From the NCBI GenBank assembly GCA_048270185.1, contig JBLWTJ010000003.1:288001-352000 (forward strand): 64,000 bases of DNA, given 5' to 3'. This document shows positions 49,904 through 59,810 of this stretch, in pieces (the first letter of the stretch is position 1; every line of letters starts with the position of its first letter). The notes beneath the pieces are model-generated. The model searched no databases, had not been told where the DNA came from, and saw only the letters and a program-made list of their open reading frames with translations. Source of the stretch: Bacteriovoracaceae bacterium (GTDB taxonomy: Bacteria > Bdellovibrionota > Bacteriovoracia > Bacteriovoracales > Bacteriovoracaceae). Both the position numbers and the translations under genes were made by a program.

Positions 49904-50692
49904 TTATCCATTGATTTTCAGGCCATCATAGGCAACTTTGACGTTTCCTGATGGAAAATGATCATCACATAATTGTTGCAGATAGTCGTGTTCAAGCTCA
50001 TGGCCCATGTGTGTCAAATAATTATTCTTTGCTCCAATTGCTTTGATATACTTGAAGCATTTTTCAACATTTAGGTGAGTTCGATGCGGCTGCTCTCTTA
50101 CACAGTCAATTATTAAATTATTGAGATTCAAATCTCTTAGACTAGACACTACTTCTTCAGGGATTTCATGGCAGTCAGAGATGATTGCTACTCCATGAGT
50201 TGTCATTCCAAGAGAGAAGCCATTACCGTGGGGGAGTTTGAAAAAGCGACATTCTAAGCCTTTTATATTTACAGGCATAGATATATCTAATTCATTAAGA
50301 TTAACTTGAGGCCTCGTTCCAATATGATCAGCGTCCTGTTTAATGATGTAGCTAAAGCGATGCTTGATAACTGCCGCGCATTCTTGCGAAGTATAAAGGT
50401 CAATTGGTCGGGTAAATGTATAAGGCCTGATATCATCAATTCCATTAAGGTGATCTGCGTGAGCGTGTGATATAATGACAGCATCTAATTGCAGGATATT
50501 TTCTCTAAGCATTTGAGCACGAATATCAGGGCCAGTATCATAGACGATATTATTACCCTCAAATTGCAATAAGAATGAGGTACGTAAACGGGTGTTTAAT
50601 GGATTAGCACTGGTACATACATGACATTGACAGCCAAGCATTGGCAGTCCTGTACTAGTTCCTGTTCCTAAGAATGTCATTGATAATTTCAT
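49904..50692 (-). CDS. PhnP-like metallo-beta-lactamase-fold phosphodiesterase
   Basis: FLGTGTSTG, CQCHVC, DTGPD, SHAHADHLNGIDD, THMGH. Confidence 0.88.
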   Translation of the reverse strand: MKLSMTFLGTGTSTGLPMLGCQCHVCTSANPLNTRLRTSFLLQFEGNNIVYDTGPDIRAQMLRENILQLDAVIISHAHADHLNGIDDIRPYTFTRPIDLYTSQECAAVIKHRFSYIIKQDADHIGTRPQVNLNELDISMPVNIKGLECRFFKLPHGNGFSLGMTTHGVAIISDCHEIPEEVVSSLRDLNLNNLIIDCVREQPHRTHLNVEKCFKYIKAIGAKNNYLTHMGHELEHDYLQQLCDDHFPSGNVKVAYDGLKING

Positions 50693-50758
50693 AAGTTTAT
50701 ATTGCCAAGAAATTTATAACTTTTTAAGCTATTTATATTAACTTTTATTGGAGATTTG

Positions 50759-52135
50759 ATGTTTAAAACAATTAACTTCTTAATTATTTTAGCACTTGTT
50801 TCGTGTTCATCAATGAATAACGAAAATGTGGCAGAACAGGAGCTGGATCTTGCCTCACTTGAGCTTAATATTAATGTACAAAAACACACTTTAAAAAATG
50901 GACTACGTCTTCTCTTAGTTCGCGACTCAAAGCTTCCAATTGCTTCAATTTATACTTTCTACGACGTTGGTGGACGATATGAAAAAGAAGGTACGACGGG
51001 AGCGACTCACTTTCTTGAGCACATGATGTTTAAAAAGACGAAGAATTTCCCTGCAGAGCACTTTTCAGATTATATTGAAACATATGGTGGTAATTCTAAC
51101 GCCTATACAACTTTTGATAATACTGTTTACTACGAAAATATTGCAGCAGTAACTGTTGAGCAGATGATCGCGCTTGAAGCTGAGAGAATGCAAAACCTTG
51201 TTCTTGAAGAAGTTCCTTTTGAAAAAGAAAGAAAAGTCGTTCTTGAAGAAAGAAAAATGCGTTACGAAAATAAGCCAAGTGGAAAAATCCATCTTGCCAT
51301 GATGAAGTCGATTTTCAAGGGAACACCATATGGTGGATCTGTCATTGGAGATGCTAAAGATGTTGAGGCCCTAAAGCGTGACCAAATGATGGAGTTTTAC
51401 AAGGACTTCTATGCTCCAAATAACGCCATTATGGTCGTAGTTGGTGATATTGATCCATCAGCAATACTTTCTAAAGCAGAAGATACAATTGGAAAGATTT
51501 CAAAAAATACAAAATTAGAAGAGAAAAAGTCAAAGCTTGATAACTCAAAACACTATGTGAAATCAGTTAAGCTTCCTGTGGTTAAAAACCTAAAGGGTCA
51601 ATCGAAGAATCCGATGTTTCGTCTAGCTTTTCCGGCCGTTAGTGTAACACATGAAGATTCTTATGCTCTGGATTTCTTATCTGATATCTTAGGAACAGGG
51701 ACAAGCTCTTATCTTGTTAAAAACTACGTTGTATCAAAGTACCCAAGACTCTCAAGTGTTTTTTCTTATAATTATGGGTTAAAGAATGGAGGAGTTTTTG
51801 TTGTGGGTGGAGAGCTTCTACCAAGAGTTAGCATTAATTCAACTAAAGAGGCTCTATTAAAGTCTTTGAAGAAAGCCTGTGATAAGGCCATCACTCCACG
51901 TGCAGTTCAAAAAACAAAGAACTTACTTCTCAAGCAATACTATTCTTCAATTTCAACAAATGATGGACTGGCCAGCTTCTTAGGTTCAACTGAGTTCTTC
52001 TATGGTGATTACAAGGAGTACAAGAAGCAGCTTAAGAGCTATAGTGATATGAATGTTGAGAAAGTTAAGGCCGTATGTGAGCGTTATATTTCAAAAAATC
52101 AATATGCTTTCTTATCAATTTGGGATCGTAATTAA
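50759..52135 (+). CDS. M16 metallopeptidase, catalytic subunit (lipoprotein)
   Basis: Lipobox LVSC; HFLEH zinc motif, NAYTT, ERKVVLEERKMR. Confidence 0.92.
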   Translation: MFKTINFLIILALVSCSSMNNENVAEQELDLASLELNINVQKHTLKNGLRLLLVRDSKLPIASIYTFYDVGGRYEKEGTTGATHFLEHMMFKKTKNFPAEHFSDYIETYGGNSNAYTTFDNTVYYENIAAVTVEQMIALEAERMQNLVLEEVPFEKERKVVLEERKMRYENKPSGKIHLAMMKSIFKGTPYGGSVIGDAKDVEALKRDQMMEFYKDFYAPNNAIMVVVGDIDPSAILSKAEDTIGKISKNTKLEEKKSKLDNSKHYVKSVKLPVVKNLKGQSKNPMFRLAFPAVSVTHEDSYALDFLSDILGTGTSSYLVKNYVVSKYPRLSSVFSYNYGLKNGGVFVVGGELLPRVSINSTKEALLKSLKKACDKAITPRAVQKTKNLLLKQYYSSISTNDGLASFLGSTEFFYGDYKEYKKQLKSYSDMNVEKVKAVCERYISKNQYAFLSIWDRN

Positions 52136-52137
52136 GG

Positions 52138-53529
52138 ATGAATACAATGTTAAAATTATTTAAAAATATATTTCTGATAAGCTCTATTGTTTCGACAAGT
52201 GTAATGGCCAATGAATTGGTTGATAATATTGAAAAGAGGCAATGGGATAATATCGATGTAACTTACTTAGAAGATAATAAGTTTCCTACTTATAATGTTA
52301 CGATCTACTTTGCTGATGGCGCTATCAAAGATGGGCGAGTTAAGGGTGTGACAAGTATGATGTTTAATCTACTTGAAAGTGGAACGAATCGTTTTAGTCT
52401 TAATGAGATTGCTGATAATCTTGAGTACTATGGAGTTTCAACAAGCTCTGATGTGACACACGAGTACTCACGATATAGTTTCTCTGGTCTTGCAAAAGAT
52501 ATTATTCCAACAACAAAGAAAATTTGTCATATTTTTAGAGACGCAATTTATCCAAAGAAAGAGTTGGATAAGGCCAAGAAAGCAATGATGGCCCAAAGAC
52601 AAAATCTTGTTTCAAATCACGGTCAACTTTCTGCCACCGCTTTCAGAGATATTAGTCTTAGAGGAACTCCTTATGTTTCTGATGTTAAAGGAAGACTCAA
52701 TGACCTTAAGAGAATGAGAAATAAGTACCTTCAAGATCGTCTAAGCTACTTTAGAAATGATGTTAAAAAGAAGGTTTATATAACTGGTCCAAGATCAATT
52801 TTAAAAATTAAGAATATCATCACAAAAGAATGTGGATTTAACACAAGCGCTAGTTTTGTTCGCTCTGTTGATACTTCTTCTAAGAAACTCGTTCAATTTA
52901 CAAAGAAGCCAATTATTCACTTTGTGGAAGTTCCTAAGGCCAATCAAGCACAGCTTAAGGCCGGTGTTTTCATCGCTAAAAACCAAGATCCTGGTTTTGA
53001 GAACTTAGAGTTTATGTCTCAATATCTTGGTGGTGGATTCACTTCAATTCTTGTTAAAGAGCTTAGAACAAAGAGAGGGCTTACATATTCAGCATGGGCA
53101 ACTGCCGGTATGCAAAAGGATTATGGACGATCGATTCTTTCAACTTTTACAAAGCGTGAAACGGTTAATACTCTTGTCGAAGAAGTTCTAAAAATTCTCA
53201 AAGATAATTCTCAAGCTGAAACAGTCAGTATGGATGAAATTGTAAAGGTGAGAAAGGCCGTAAAAGGTGGTTTTGCTTTTCAATTCCAAAAGCCTTCAAG
53301 CTTTATGAGTCAATTAGTTAGTCTTGATCATACAGGGCTTGATTTAAAGAGATTTATTAATTACACAAGTTATGTTGATAAGATCTCACAAGAAGATATA
53401 GCTAAAACTGTTTATTCAGCTTTTCCTTACGATAAGGTGGTACTTGTTGTCCTAGGTGACAAGAAGATGAAGAAGTCACTTCAGAAGATTGGAACAGTTA
53501 AAACATATTCTTATAAAAGTTTTCTTTAA
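52138..53529 (+). CDS. M16 metallopeptidase, non-catalytic partner subunit
   Basis: No HxxEH; LGGGFTS...LRTKRGLTY motif; signal peptide; 2 nt after the catalytic subunit gene. Confidence 0.88.
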   Translation: MNTMLKLFKNIFLISSIVSTSVMANELVDNIEKRQWDNIDVTYLEDNKFPTYNVTIYFADGAIKDGRVKGVTSMMFNLLESGTNRFSLNEIADNLEYYGVSTSSDVTHEYSRYSFSGLAKDIIPTTKKICHIFRDAIYPKKELDKAKKAMMAQRQNLVSNHGQLSATAFRDISLRGTPYVSDVKGRLNDLKRMRNKYLQDRLSYFRNDVKKKVYITGPRSILKIKNIITKECGFNTSASFVRSVDTSSKKLVQFTKKPIIHFVEVPKANQAQLKAGVFIAKNQDPGFENLEFMSQYLGGGFTSILVKELRTKRGLTYSAWATAGMQKDYGRSILSTFTKRETVNTLVEEVLKILKDNSQAETVSMDEIVKVRKAVKGGFAFQFQKPSSFMSQLVSLDHTGLDLKRFINYTSYVDKISQEDIAKTVYSAFPYDKVVLVVLGDKKMKKSLQKIGTVKTYSYKSFL

Positions 53530-53533
53530 TGAC

Positions 53534-53566
53534 AAAAAAAGGGTAAGGCTTGGCCTTACCCTTATT
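53534..53566. terminator. Bidirectional intrinsic terminator
   Basis: A7-GGGTAAGGC-TTG-GCCTTACCC-TTATT between convergent operons. Confidence 0.85.
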
Positions 53567-53601
53567 CAAATTTTTATTTCTTAAATAATTTTAGACTTTA
53601 A

Positions 53602-53940
53602 CTAAGACTCGAGAGTATGCCCTTGCATATTAACCTTTGCGCCAGGTGCAATGTTAATGAGCTTGGCAACGATTTGGCCTTTGACACTTCCTGTAGGGTA
53701 GACTTTGACACGTCCTTGCGATGTAATATCACCTATAACTTCACCGTAAATATTAAGATCACCACAACGGATACGACCTTCAATACGCCCTTGTGGCTCG
53801 ATTGTTAATTGATGTGATTCTTCGATTTGAATATCACCCTCAATCGTTGCACAAATATGAGTTGGACCTTGGAGAGTAATATCTCCTTTAATAACTGACC
53901 CAATACCAACGAAGCTAAAGTTCTGATCTCTTAAATCCAT
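53602..53940 (-). CDS. Bactofilin (polymer-forming cytoskeletal protein, CcmA family)
   Basis: SFVGIGSVIKGDI...IEGDI...IYGEVIGDI...GSVKGQI...IAPGAKVN beta-helix repeats. Confidence 0.9.
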   Translation of the reverse strand: MDLRDQNFSFVGIGSVIKGDITLQGPTHICATIEGDIQIEESHQLTIEPQGRIEGRIRCGDLNIYGEVIGDITSQGRVKVYPTGSVKGQIVAKLINIAPGAKVNMQGHTLES

Positions 53941-54669
53941 CTATTTAATCTCTTCTCTGAATAATTGTTGGTGAACAATATCTCCAAGACGATTGAAGAT
54001 GAAAACCTTAAACATTACAGTGTTGTTCTTTGGCATATCAAATTTGGCCGTCACAGGACGGAACCTTGAAGTGGCAAAAGACTCACCCTTTGTGTAGTTA
54101 AGTGAGAAGTTTCTGATTGAGTCTCCACCTTCAGGGTAGTGGAAGTAGTTATTTCCATCAAAGAGGAAGATGTGAATATAACCAGAAACTTTATTATTAT
54201 TCTGTGTGATATTGATGATATTAAAACTTAGCTCTGCCTTAGAAGCATTCTTAACAACTTTAAGGTCTTCTAGTTTAATACTTGCAGGACTTGTTAAATC
54301 TTTTTGTCCTTTAACTGGAGCAATAATATTAAGTGAACTAGCACTCGCCGCACTAATTGTTTCATTTGAAAGTCGGTTTGTTAGGTCGAGGTTTAATGTT
54401 GTAAGCTCTGTATTCTTTTGGCCTAGAGTAGCATTAACATCTCTTAGCTCTTTGATTATTAATGGCTCCTTGGCCTTGATAAGCTTTTCAATATTCTTAG
54501 TATAAAAGTAAGAACCAGCGAGCGCAAAAATTGAAAAGATTGTCAGAATAACCGGAACATAAAGTATGGCCTTATACTCGCCAGGTGATAGCTGTAAGTA
54601 GCGTGGAACTTTATTATTTTCATATAAAATGAAAGATAGATTATTCTTTTGCTTAGATTGAGTCGACAT
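53941..54669 (-). CDS. Single-TM coiled-coil protein with periplasmic beta domain
   Basis: TM at about aa 35-55, coiled coil, beta-rich C-terminus with FATSRFRPV; abuts the bactofilin gene. Confidence 0.7.
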   Translation of the reverse strand: MSTQSKQKNNLSFILYENNKVPRYLQLSPGEYKAILYVPVILTIFSIFALAGSYFYTKNIEKLIKAKEPLIIKELRDVNATLGQKNTELTTLNLDLTNRLSNETISAASASSLNIIAPVKGQKDLTSPASIKLEDLKVVKNASKAELSFNIINITQNNNKVSGYIHIFLFDGNNYFHYPEGGDSIRNFSLNYTKGESFATSRFRPVTAKFDMPKNNTVMFKVFIFNRLGDIVHQQLFREEIK

Positions 54670-54679
54670 TAATTACCTT

Positions 54680-55741
54680 TTAATTTTCACTATATGGTCT
54701 CGTTAAAGTGAGATTTAGAGTAAAAATTTGTTTTGGGTCTTGAGAAGTGAAAAACCTCTGACTTGGCTCAAAGCTTAAGTGTTCTCTCTCATTTGTGATA
54801 TCCATTGGGATACGTTGCCATCTTTCAGCAACAATCTTCCACTTGTAGTATGGATCACGCTTTAAGTAGAGTGTTTTCTTACCAATGTCATTAATTGTAT
54901 TACTTGTATAATCTTGTTTAAAAGTTACCACTACATAATCATCGGCCTTAAGTACTGTTAAGTCAGTTATTTTGATTGTCGGTGTTCCTGGATTTGAAAA
55001 GACTGCCTTCTTGTATTGAGCAAATGTATTGTATCGGCCTCTAGCAGGGTCTTCAAATTCAGTTCTTGAGTAGTGGCTTAAGTAGTTTTCAATATTCTCT
55101 GTTGCCCAAGCTGTTGACCAGCCCTCAACTGTTTCTAGGATCTCTTCTTTTTCTTTCTTCCAAGTTTCTTTATTGAAGAATTTTAGATTGTGGACAACAA
55201 CGATGCTTGTCTTATTAAGCTCAATATATTTTGAGATATCAATTAGATTTACATTGTGAGCAACAAGACAACCTTTTGAGTCTAGCCCTTTATCAATTCT
55301 TGGCTCATTATCTGTTGAGTGAAGCCAAATGCCGCCGCCAGTTTTTCCTTGTGCTTTATCGATTGGGTTAGGGTAGTTGAGAACAAATGCACCAACACCG
55401 TATTGTGCCCCAAGTTCACCGTGTCTTTTAATCAGATCTTTATGGTCGAGAAATTGATTAAAACTATAAACGCCTTCTGGTGTGCGACGATCTCCTTGAA
55501 AAGATTTATTTCCTACTTTTTGACCTGTGGCCATTTGGTAAGTCTTGATTAGGCGAGGCATGCCTTCGTTATTTTCATAAAGGTAGAGAGTATGAGTTGA
55601 TTTTTCAGCGACGATTATGTGATGCGCGAAATAATCATTTAAGAGAAGTAAATTCGAAGGTAGAAACTCTTTACCATGGGCCTGCCAAGATAGAAGAGAA
55701 ACTAAGAAGGTAGTTGATAAAATTAATATTTTTTTAATCAT
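54680..55741 (-). CDS. YkuD L,D-transpeptidase-fold enzyme with C-terminal NTF2-like domain (Csd6/Pgp2/Bd1075-type LD-carboxypeptidase)
   Basis: GDRRTPEGVY, LNYPN, GGGIWLHS...SKGC catalytic motif; C-terminal WSTAW...YLSHY...FKQDYTS...GKKTLYL...WKIVAE. Confidence 0.85.
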   Translation of the reverse strand: MIKKILILSTTFLVSLLSWQAHGKEFLPSNLLLLNDYFAHHIIVAEKSTHTLYLYENNEGMPRLIKTYQMATGQKVGNKSFQGDRRTPEGVYSFNQFLDHKDLIKRHGELGAQYGVGAFVLNYPNPIDKAQGKTGGGIWLHSTDNEPRIDKGLDSKGCLVAHNVNLIDISKYIELNKTSIVVVHNLKFFNKETWKKEKEEILETVEGWSTAWATENIENYLSHYSRTEFEDPARGRYNTFAQYKKAVFSNPGTPTIKITDLTVLKADDYVVVTFKQDYTSNTINDIGKKTLYLKRDPYYKWKIVAERWQRIPMDITNEREHLSFEPSQRFFTSQDPKQIFTLNLTLTRPYSEN

Positions 55742-55965
55742 GAGAAGCCTTTTTAATTATAACTACCTAATATTGTAGAACATTTCTTTACTACTTCTCA
55801 AGTCTAAAGCGAGAAATTTCCAAATAATATCCGATAAAATAACTTTACGCGTTGTAAATACTTAACTTTTTTCAAAAAAAGGCGAAAAGGAGAGGGTAAG
55901 ACAGTGAATTATAGGCTCATTTAAATAAATTTAATGAGTATTTTGGGAGCCTATTGGGGAAAAAT

Positions 55966-57549
55966 ATGTCAGCAGAAAAGAAACATGACGAAGAATTGAT
56001 GGCACAAAGTGACAAAATTCAGAGTGCAGTTGATGATGCACTTGGAATTGAAGACAGTGATGCTCAAGAAGCAACATCACTTACACTCGTGGATACCAAT
56101 GTCGATTTCTCTGAACTCAATAGTGAAGCTAGCTCTCCTGAAGATGAAGGGATTGAGCTTAATTTCGATGACGATATGTCAATTGACCTTTGTGGTGAAG
56201 AAGACGAAGTAGTAAATGCACCAGTTGATGCCGAGTCACCTTCTGATCTCGACCTGGATATGTCTGCCAGTATAACAATTAATCTTGCTGAAGATGGAGA
56301 TGAGATTGAAAACTTGTCACAAGATGTTGGAAGTGATGATCTCGACCTCGATAATAATCCAATCATTGTTGAATCTAAAGAAGAATCAGCTGCAGAAGTA
56401 TTAGAAGCATCAGGTGATCTCGATGAGGACTTTGAAGATTTTGACGATCTGGATATGTCTGCTGAACTTGATGATGAACTCGATGATTTAGATGGTGCGC
56501 TCGATGACTTAGGCGATCTTGATGATCTTGATATGTCTGCTGAACTCGATGATGACTTAGGTGATGATCTTGATGTTAGTCTAGATGATGATCTAGGTGA
56601 CGACCTTGATATGAGTCTTGATGATGTTAGTGATGATCTTGACGATATGATAGAAGAAGAAACAGGTGAGGTTGAGGCCGAACTTTTTGCTGAGCCTGCT
56701 GAGCCTGCTGAAGATGATGGGCCAGAAGATACCCTTGCCGCTCTTGATGGTATGGTGGATGAAACACCTGCACCAGCTCCAGTGGAAGAGATGACAATGA
56801 CGGCGGTATCATCAACTGATGAAACAGTATCGATGGATCTTCCTGATGAATTTGTAACACCTGCAGCTTCGGCTACACCTGCTGCTAGCGCTCAAATGAG
56901 TGGGGCCAATATTAACTTTAACCCAGGTCATATTTTATCTTCTTTAAGTGAAGAACAACTTCTCGATTTAAGAGTGACGGTTAATGAGTTAAAAACTGAT
57001 CGTGTTAATTTATTAAATGAAATAAATGAATTAAGAGCAATGGTTGAGATTATCAAAAGAGAGAATCTTAATGTGAAGGCCGAAGCTGATGAAAAGCAAA
57101 TTGAGCTTTCAATTGCACGCAAGCGCCACGCTCTTGAACTAGAAGATACAAAAGCACTACTTGATAATTACAAGCATGGGCTAGAATTAAGTGAAGCAAA
57201 GAATAAGGCGTTAAGAGAAGAGATTGATCAAGTTGCCATTCGTCTAAATCATGGGCATTCAAATACTAGGGCCCGTGAACAAGAACTAGAAAGTCAGTTA
57301 GAATTGATGGCCATTGATTCAGATAATAAGATCAAGGCCCGTGATGAGAAAATCTTAGAACTTAAAAGAAAGATTGATACGCTAGAATTTAATATGGAAA
57401 ATATTTCAATTAATGAGCGTCAAGCACGTAAAGAGAAGAGGCTTGCAGATCAAAAACTTGAACGCTTAGTAAATAATCTACGCGGCTCTTTAAGTGTTGT
57501 GTCAGATACACTAGAATTAGATGACACAGAAATTGATGTGGAGAATTAG
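55966..57549 (+). CDS. Highly acidic disordered protein with C-terminal coiled coil
   Basis: D/E-rich first ~320 aa with DDLDMS repeats; ~180-aa heptad region; no signal peptide; GGGGA SD before ATG 55966. Confidence 0.8.
   Translation: MSAEKKHDEELMAQSDKIQSAVDDALGIEDSDAQEATSLTLVDTNVDFSELNSEASSPEDEGIELNFDDDMSIDLCGEEDEVVNAPVDAESPSDLDLDMSASITINLAEDGDEIENLSQDVGSDDLDLDNNPIIVESKEESAAEVLEASGDLDEDFEDFDDLDMSAELDDELDDLDGALDDLGDLDDLDMSAELDDDLGDDLDVSLDDDLGDDLDMSLDDVSDDLDDMIEEETGEVEAELFAEPAEPAEDDGPEDTLAALDGMVDETPAPAPVEEMTMTAVSSTDETVSMDLPDEFVTPAASATPAASAQMSGANINFNPGHILSSLSEEQLLDLRVTVNELKTDRVNLLNEINELRAMVEIIKRENLNVKAEADEKQIELSIARKRHALELEDTKALLDNYKHGLELSEAKNKALREEIDQVAIRLNHGHSNTRAREQELESQLELMAIDSDNKIKARDEKILELKRKIDTLEFNMENISINERQARKEKRLADQKLERLVNNLRGSLSVVSDTLELDDTEIDVEN
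56415..56650 (+). repeat. Degenerate tandem coding repeats (DDLDMSAELDD / DDDLGDDLD)
   Basis: GATCT(G/T)GATATGTCTGCTGAACT(T/C)GATGATGA occurs twice, plus GATGA(C/T)(T/C)TAGGTGA units. Confidence 0.75.
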
Positions 57550-57557
57550 AAATTAAT

Positions 57558-58520
57558 ATGTTGGAAAAACAATACGAATCCCTATTAAACTTTATTTGCG
57601 AGAACTTAGAAGAGCAAAACTTTAATATAATTTTAAAGTCTTTTCGCGATTTTATTCGACGTGAGTTTGACTCTAAAACTCCACTTGTTTTTGCAACTCT
57701 AATGGGAGACTCTGCAAGTCCAATTATTCGTGATTTCTATAATAATAAAATTGAAGATGAATATCCCAAAAAAGCCTATCAGGAAATTATGGGGGCCCTC
57801 AAGTGTCAAAAGACTTCTTTTGAAATAGAAGGTGAGAGTTATCGAATTCTTGATGTTGGATTTAATGGTAGTCAAAATCTCTATATTGTTTTAGCAGGAG
57901 AGTTCTCTGCTCCAATCATTAGGCAAATTGAAAACTACATCCAATCAAAATTTAAAAGCTTACTAGAGATTAAAGAATTAAAGCGTCTACAATCATTGGC
58001 CCATGTTGATGATGTCACAGGACTTTATAATCAACGTAAGTTTAAAAGTGATATTGAAGCTTCAATTAGAGAGTATGAGGCCCTTGAGCGATCATTTTCT
58101 TTAATCTTCATTGATATCGATTTTTTTAAAAGTATTAATGACGGCCATGGACACCTCATTGGAACAAGTTTATTAAACCAAGTTGCTCAATCAATTAAGG
58201 CCACTGTAAGAGAGGATGATCTCTGTTATCGCTATGGTGGAGATGAGTTTGTTGTCTTGGCACCATATTCAAGTCTTGAAGATGCAAAGCATATTGGTCA
58301 GCGTATTCTAAGCCGTGTTAAGTCGACTGTTTATAAGATTGAAGCTGATCTAGAAATTAATTCTCACGAAGATGAAGATGTCCAATTAAGTGTCTCCATC
58401 GGTGTGGCCAATTATCCTACTAATGCTTCAAGTCGAAATGAAATTATCGGAATGGCCGATAAAATGATGTATGAAGCAAAAAAGTCTGGACGTGGCAAAG
58501 TCTGTGTTGCAGACTCTTAA
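57558..58520 (+). CDS. Diguanylate cyclase (GGDEF)
   Basis: DDVTGLYN, DIDFFKSINDGHGH, I-site REDD, RYGGDEF, SIGVA, ADKMMYEAK. Confidence 0.95.
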   Translation: MLEKQYESLLNFICENLEEQNFNIILKSFRDFIRREFDSKTPLVFATLMGDSASPIIRDFYNNKIEDEYPKKAYQEIMGALKCQKTSFEIEGESYRILDVGFNGSQNLYIVLAGEFSAPIIRQIENYIQSKFKSLLEIKELKRLQSLAHVDDVTGLYNQRKFKSDIEASIREYEALERSFSLIFIDIDFFKSINDGHGHLIGTSLLNQVAQSIKATVREDDLCYRYGGDEFVVLAPYSSLEDAKHIGQRILSRVKSTVYKIEADLEINSHEDEDVQLSVSIGVANYPTNASSRNEIIGMADKMMYEAKKSGRGKVCVADS

Positions 58521-58523
58521 AAT

Positions 58524-59603
58524 ATGAAATACCTGATTCTCTCCGATCTCCATTTAGGCAAGGGTAGCTACCTGCAAAACGGTGAATTCAATATTCTTGA
58601 AGACTTCTTTGAGGATAATCGCTTCTATGAGTTTTGTGACTACTTTTCTTCCAAAGAATATTACTCTCAACCTGTAACAATTGTTATGAATGGTGATATT
58701 TTAAACCTCATTCAAATTGATACTGATGGAGTCTTTACTCACGTTGTGGATGAAGAGATGACTAAGAAGCAAATTGAAGATATTGCTAAAGGGCATCCTC
58801 GTTTCTTTGCAGGCCTTAAGAAGTTCTTAAGAGCACCTCATAAGAGAATTGTCTATGTTGTCGGTAATCACGATGTGGGTATGCTTTTTAAGGGCGCTCA
58901 GGATAAGTTCTCTGATATTTGTGGCAGCCAAATAGAGTTTACTGAAACTTTTTGTGAGAATGGCCTACACGTTGAACACGGTCATCGTTTTGAAGCAGTT
59001 AACACAGTTCCTAAGGCCAAGCAATTTATCAAAGGGCCAAATGGTAAAGAGATTTTAAATTTTCCTTGGGGATCATTATTTTGTATTAATGTTCTACCTA
59101 AGCTCAAAAAAGAGCGTCCATATATTGATAAGGTAAGACCTATGTCTTCCTACGTAAAATGGTGTCTCTTTAATGATACAAAGTTTTTCTTTCGTTTACT
59201 CTTTACTTGCCTTAATTACGTTACAAAGACTTATTCAAATTACTTTACGAAGCAAAATACGAACTTCAAGACGTCCATTAAAATTCTACAACAAATCACT
59301 ATTTATCCGCGCTATGAGCGTATGGCCCGTCGAATATTAGACAAAGATAGCTCTGTTCATACTGTTGTTATGGGACATACTCACGTTCAAGAGTGGAGGC
59401 GTTTTCCAGAAGGCCGCTATTACTTCAATACTGGAACTTGGAATAATATTCCGTCAATTGATGCAGCGATGCACCAAGATACTCTAAGCCTAACATATTG
59501 TACGGTAGAAGTTCACCCAGAAGGTAAGTCCTTAGTAAATGCATCAATGAATCAGTGGATGGGTCAGTGGAAGCCTTATATCGAAGAAGTTCGAACAAGC
59601 TAG
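58524..59603 (+). CDS. Calcineurin-like metallophosphoesterase (LpxH-like)
   Basis: SDLHLG, NGD, GNHD, EHGH, MGHTH, NTGTW. Confidence 0.88.
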   Translation: MKYLILSDLHLGKGSYLQNGEFNILEDFFEDNRFYEFCDYFSSKEYYSQPVTIVMNGDILNLIQIDTDGVFTHVVDEEMTKKQIEDIAKGHPRFFAGLKKFLRAPHKRIVYVVGNHDVGMLFKGAQDKFSDICGSQIEFTETFCENGLHVEHGHRFEAVNTVPKAKQFIKGPNGKEILNFPWGSLFCINVLPKLKKERPYIDKVRPMSSYVKWCLFNDTKFFFRLLFTCLNYVTKTYSNYFTKQNTNFKTSIKILQQITIYPRYERMARRILDKDSSVHTVVMGHTHVQEWRRFPEGRYYFNTGTWNNIPSIDAAMHQDTLSLTYCTVEVHPEGKSLVNASMNQWMGQWKPYIEEVRTS

Positions 59604-59619
59604 ATCTTCTATTTTGAGC

Positions 59620-59662
59620 AAAAAAAAACGACGTTCCTAAAAAGTCCTTTCCCGAAACGCCG
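59620..59662 (-). terminator. Minus-strand intrinsic terminator with no adjacent minus-strand gene
   Basis: CGGCGUUUC...GGAACGUCG stem with two G:U pairs that form only on the minus strand, followed by U9. Confidence 0.7.
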
Positions 59663-59810
59663 AAGTGTCTTTAATTTTTTGTCTCTGCTTATTAATAAGT
59701 TTAGACGAATTTTCGAATTTCACAAGGACTATTTTCTTACAGTAACTCGCACCCAAGATCATCTTAGTCCATTATTCAAAACGCCCTAATAGAGCTTGTT
59801 TACATGCTCT
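59620..59810 (-). ncRNA. Candidate ~190-nt sRNA
   Basis: TTGATG-N16-CATAAT upstream (59842-59815); hairpins ATAGAGC/GCTCTAT and GGACTA/TAGTCC; own terminator. Confidence 0.35.

Noticed and set aside
56009..57262. Antisense and alternative-frame ORFs within the acidic protein gene
   Set aside because: Artefacts of GAT/GAA-rich low-complexity coding sequence.
59637..59762. 41-codon minus-strand ORF (MILGASYCKK...) within the candidate sRNA
   Set aside because: Weak SD, no recognisable features, and it ends inside the terminator stem.
59620..59810. 6S RNA or a known riboswitch
   Set aside because: Folds as local hairpins rather than a long end-to-end rod; no aptamer consensus recognised.
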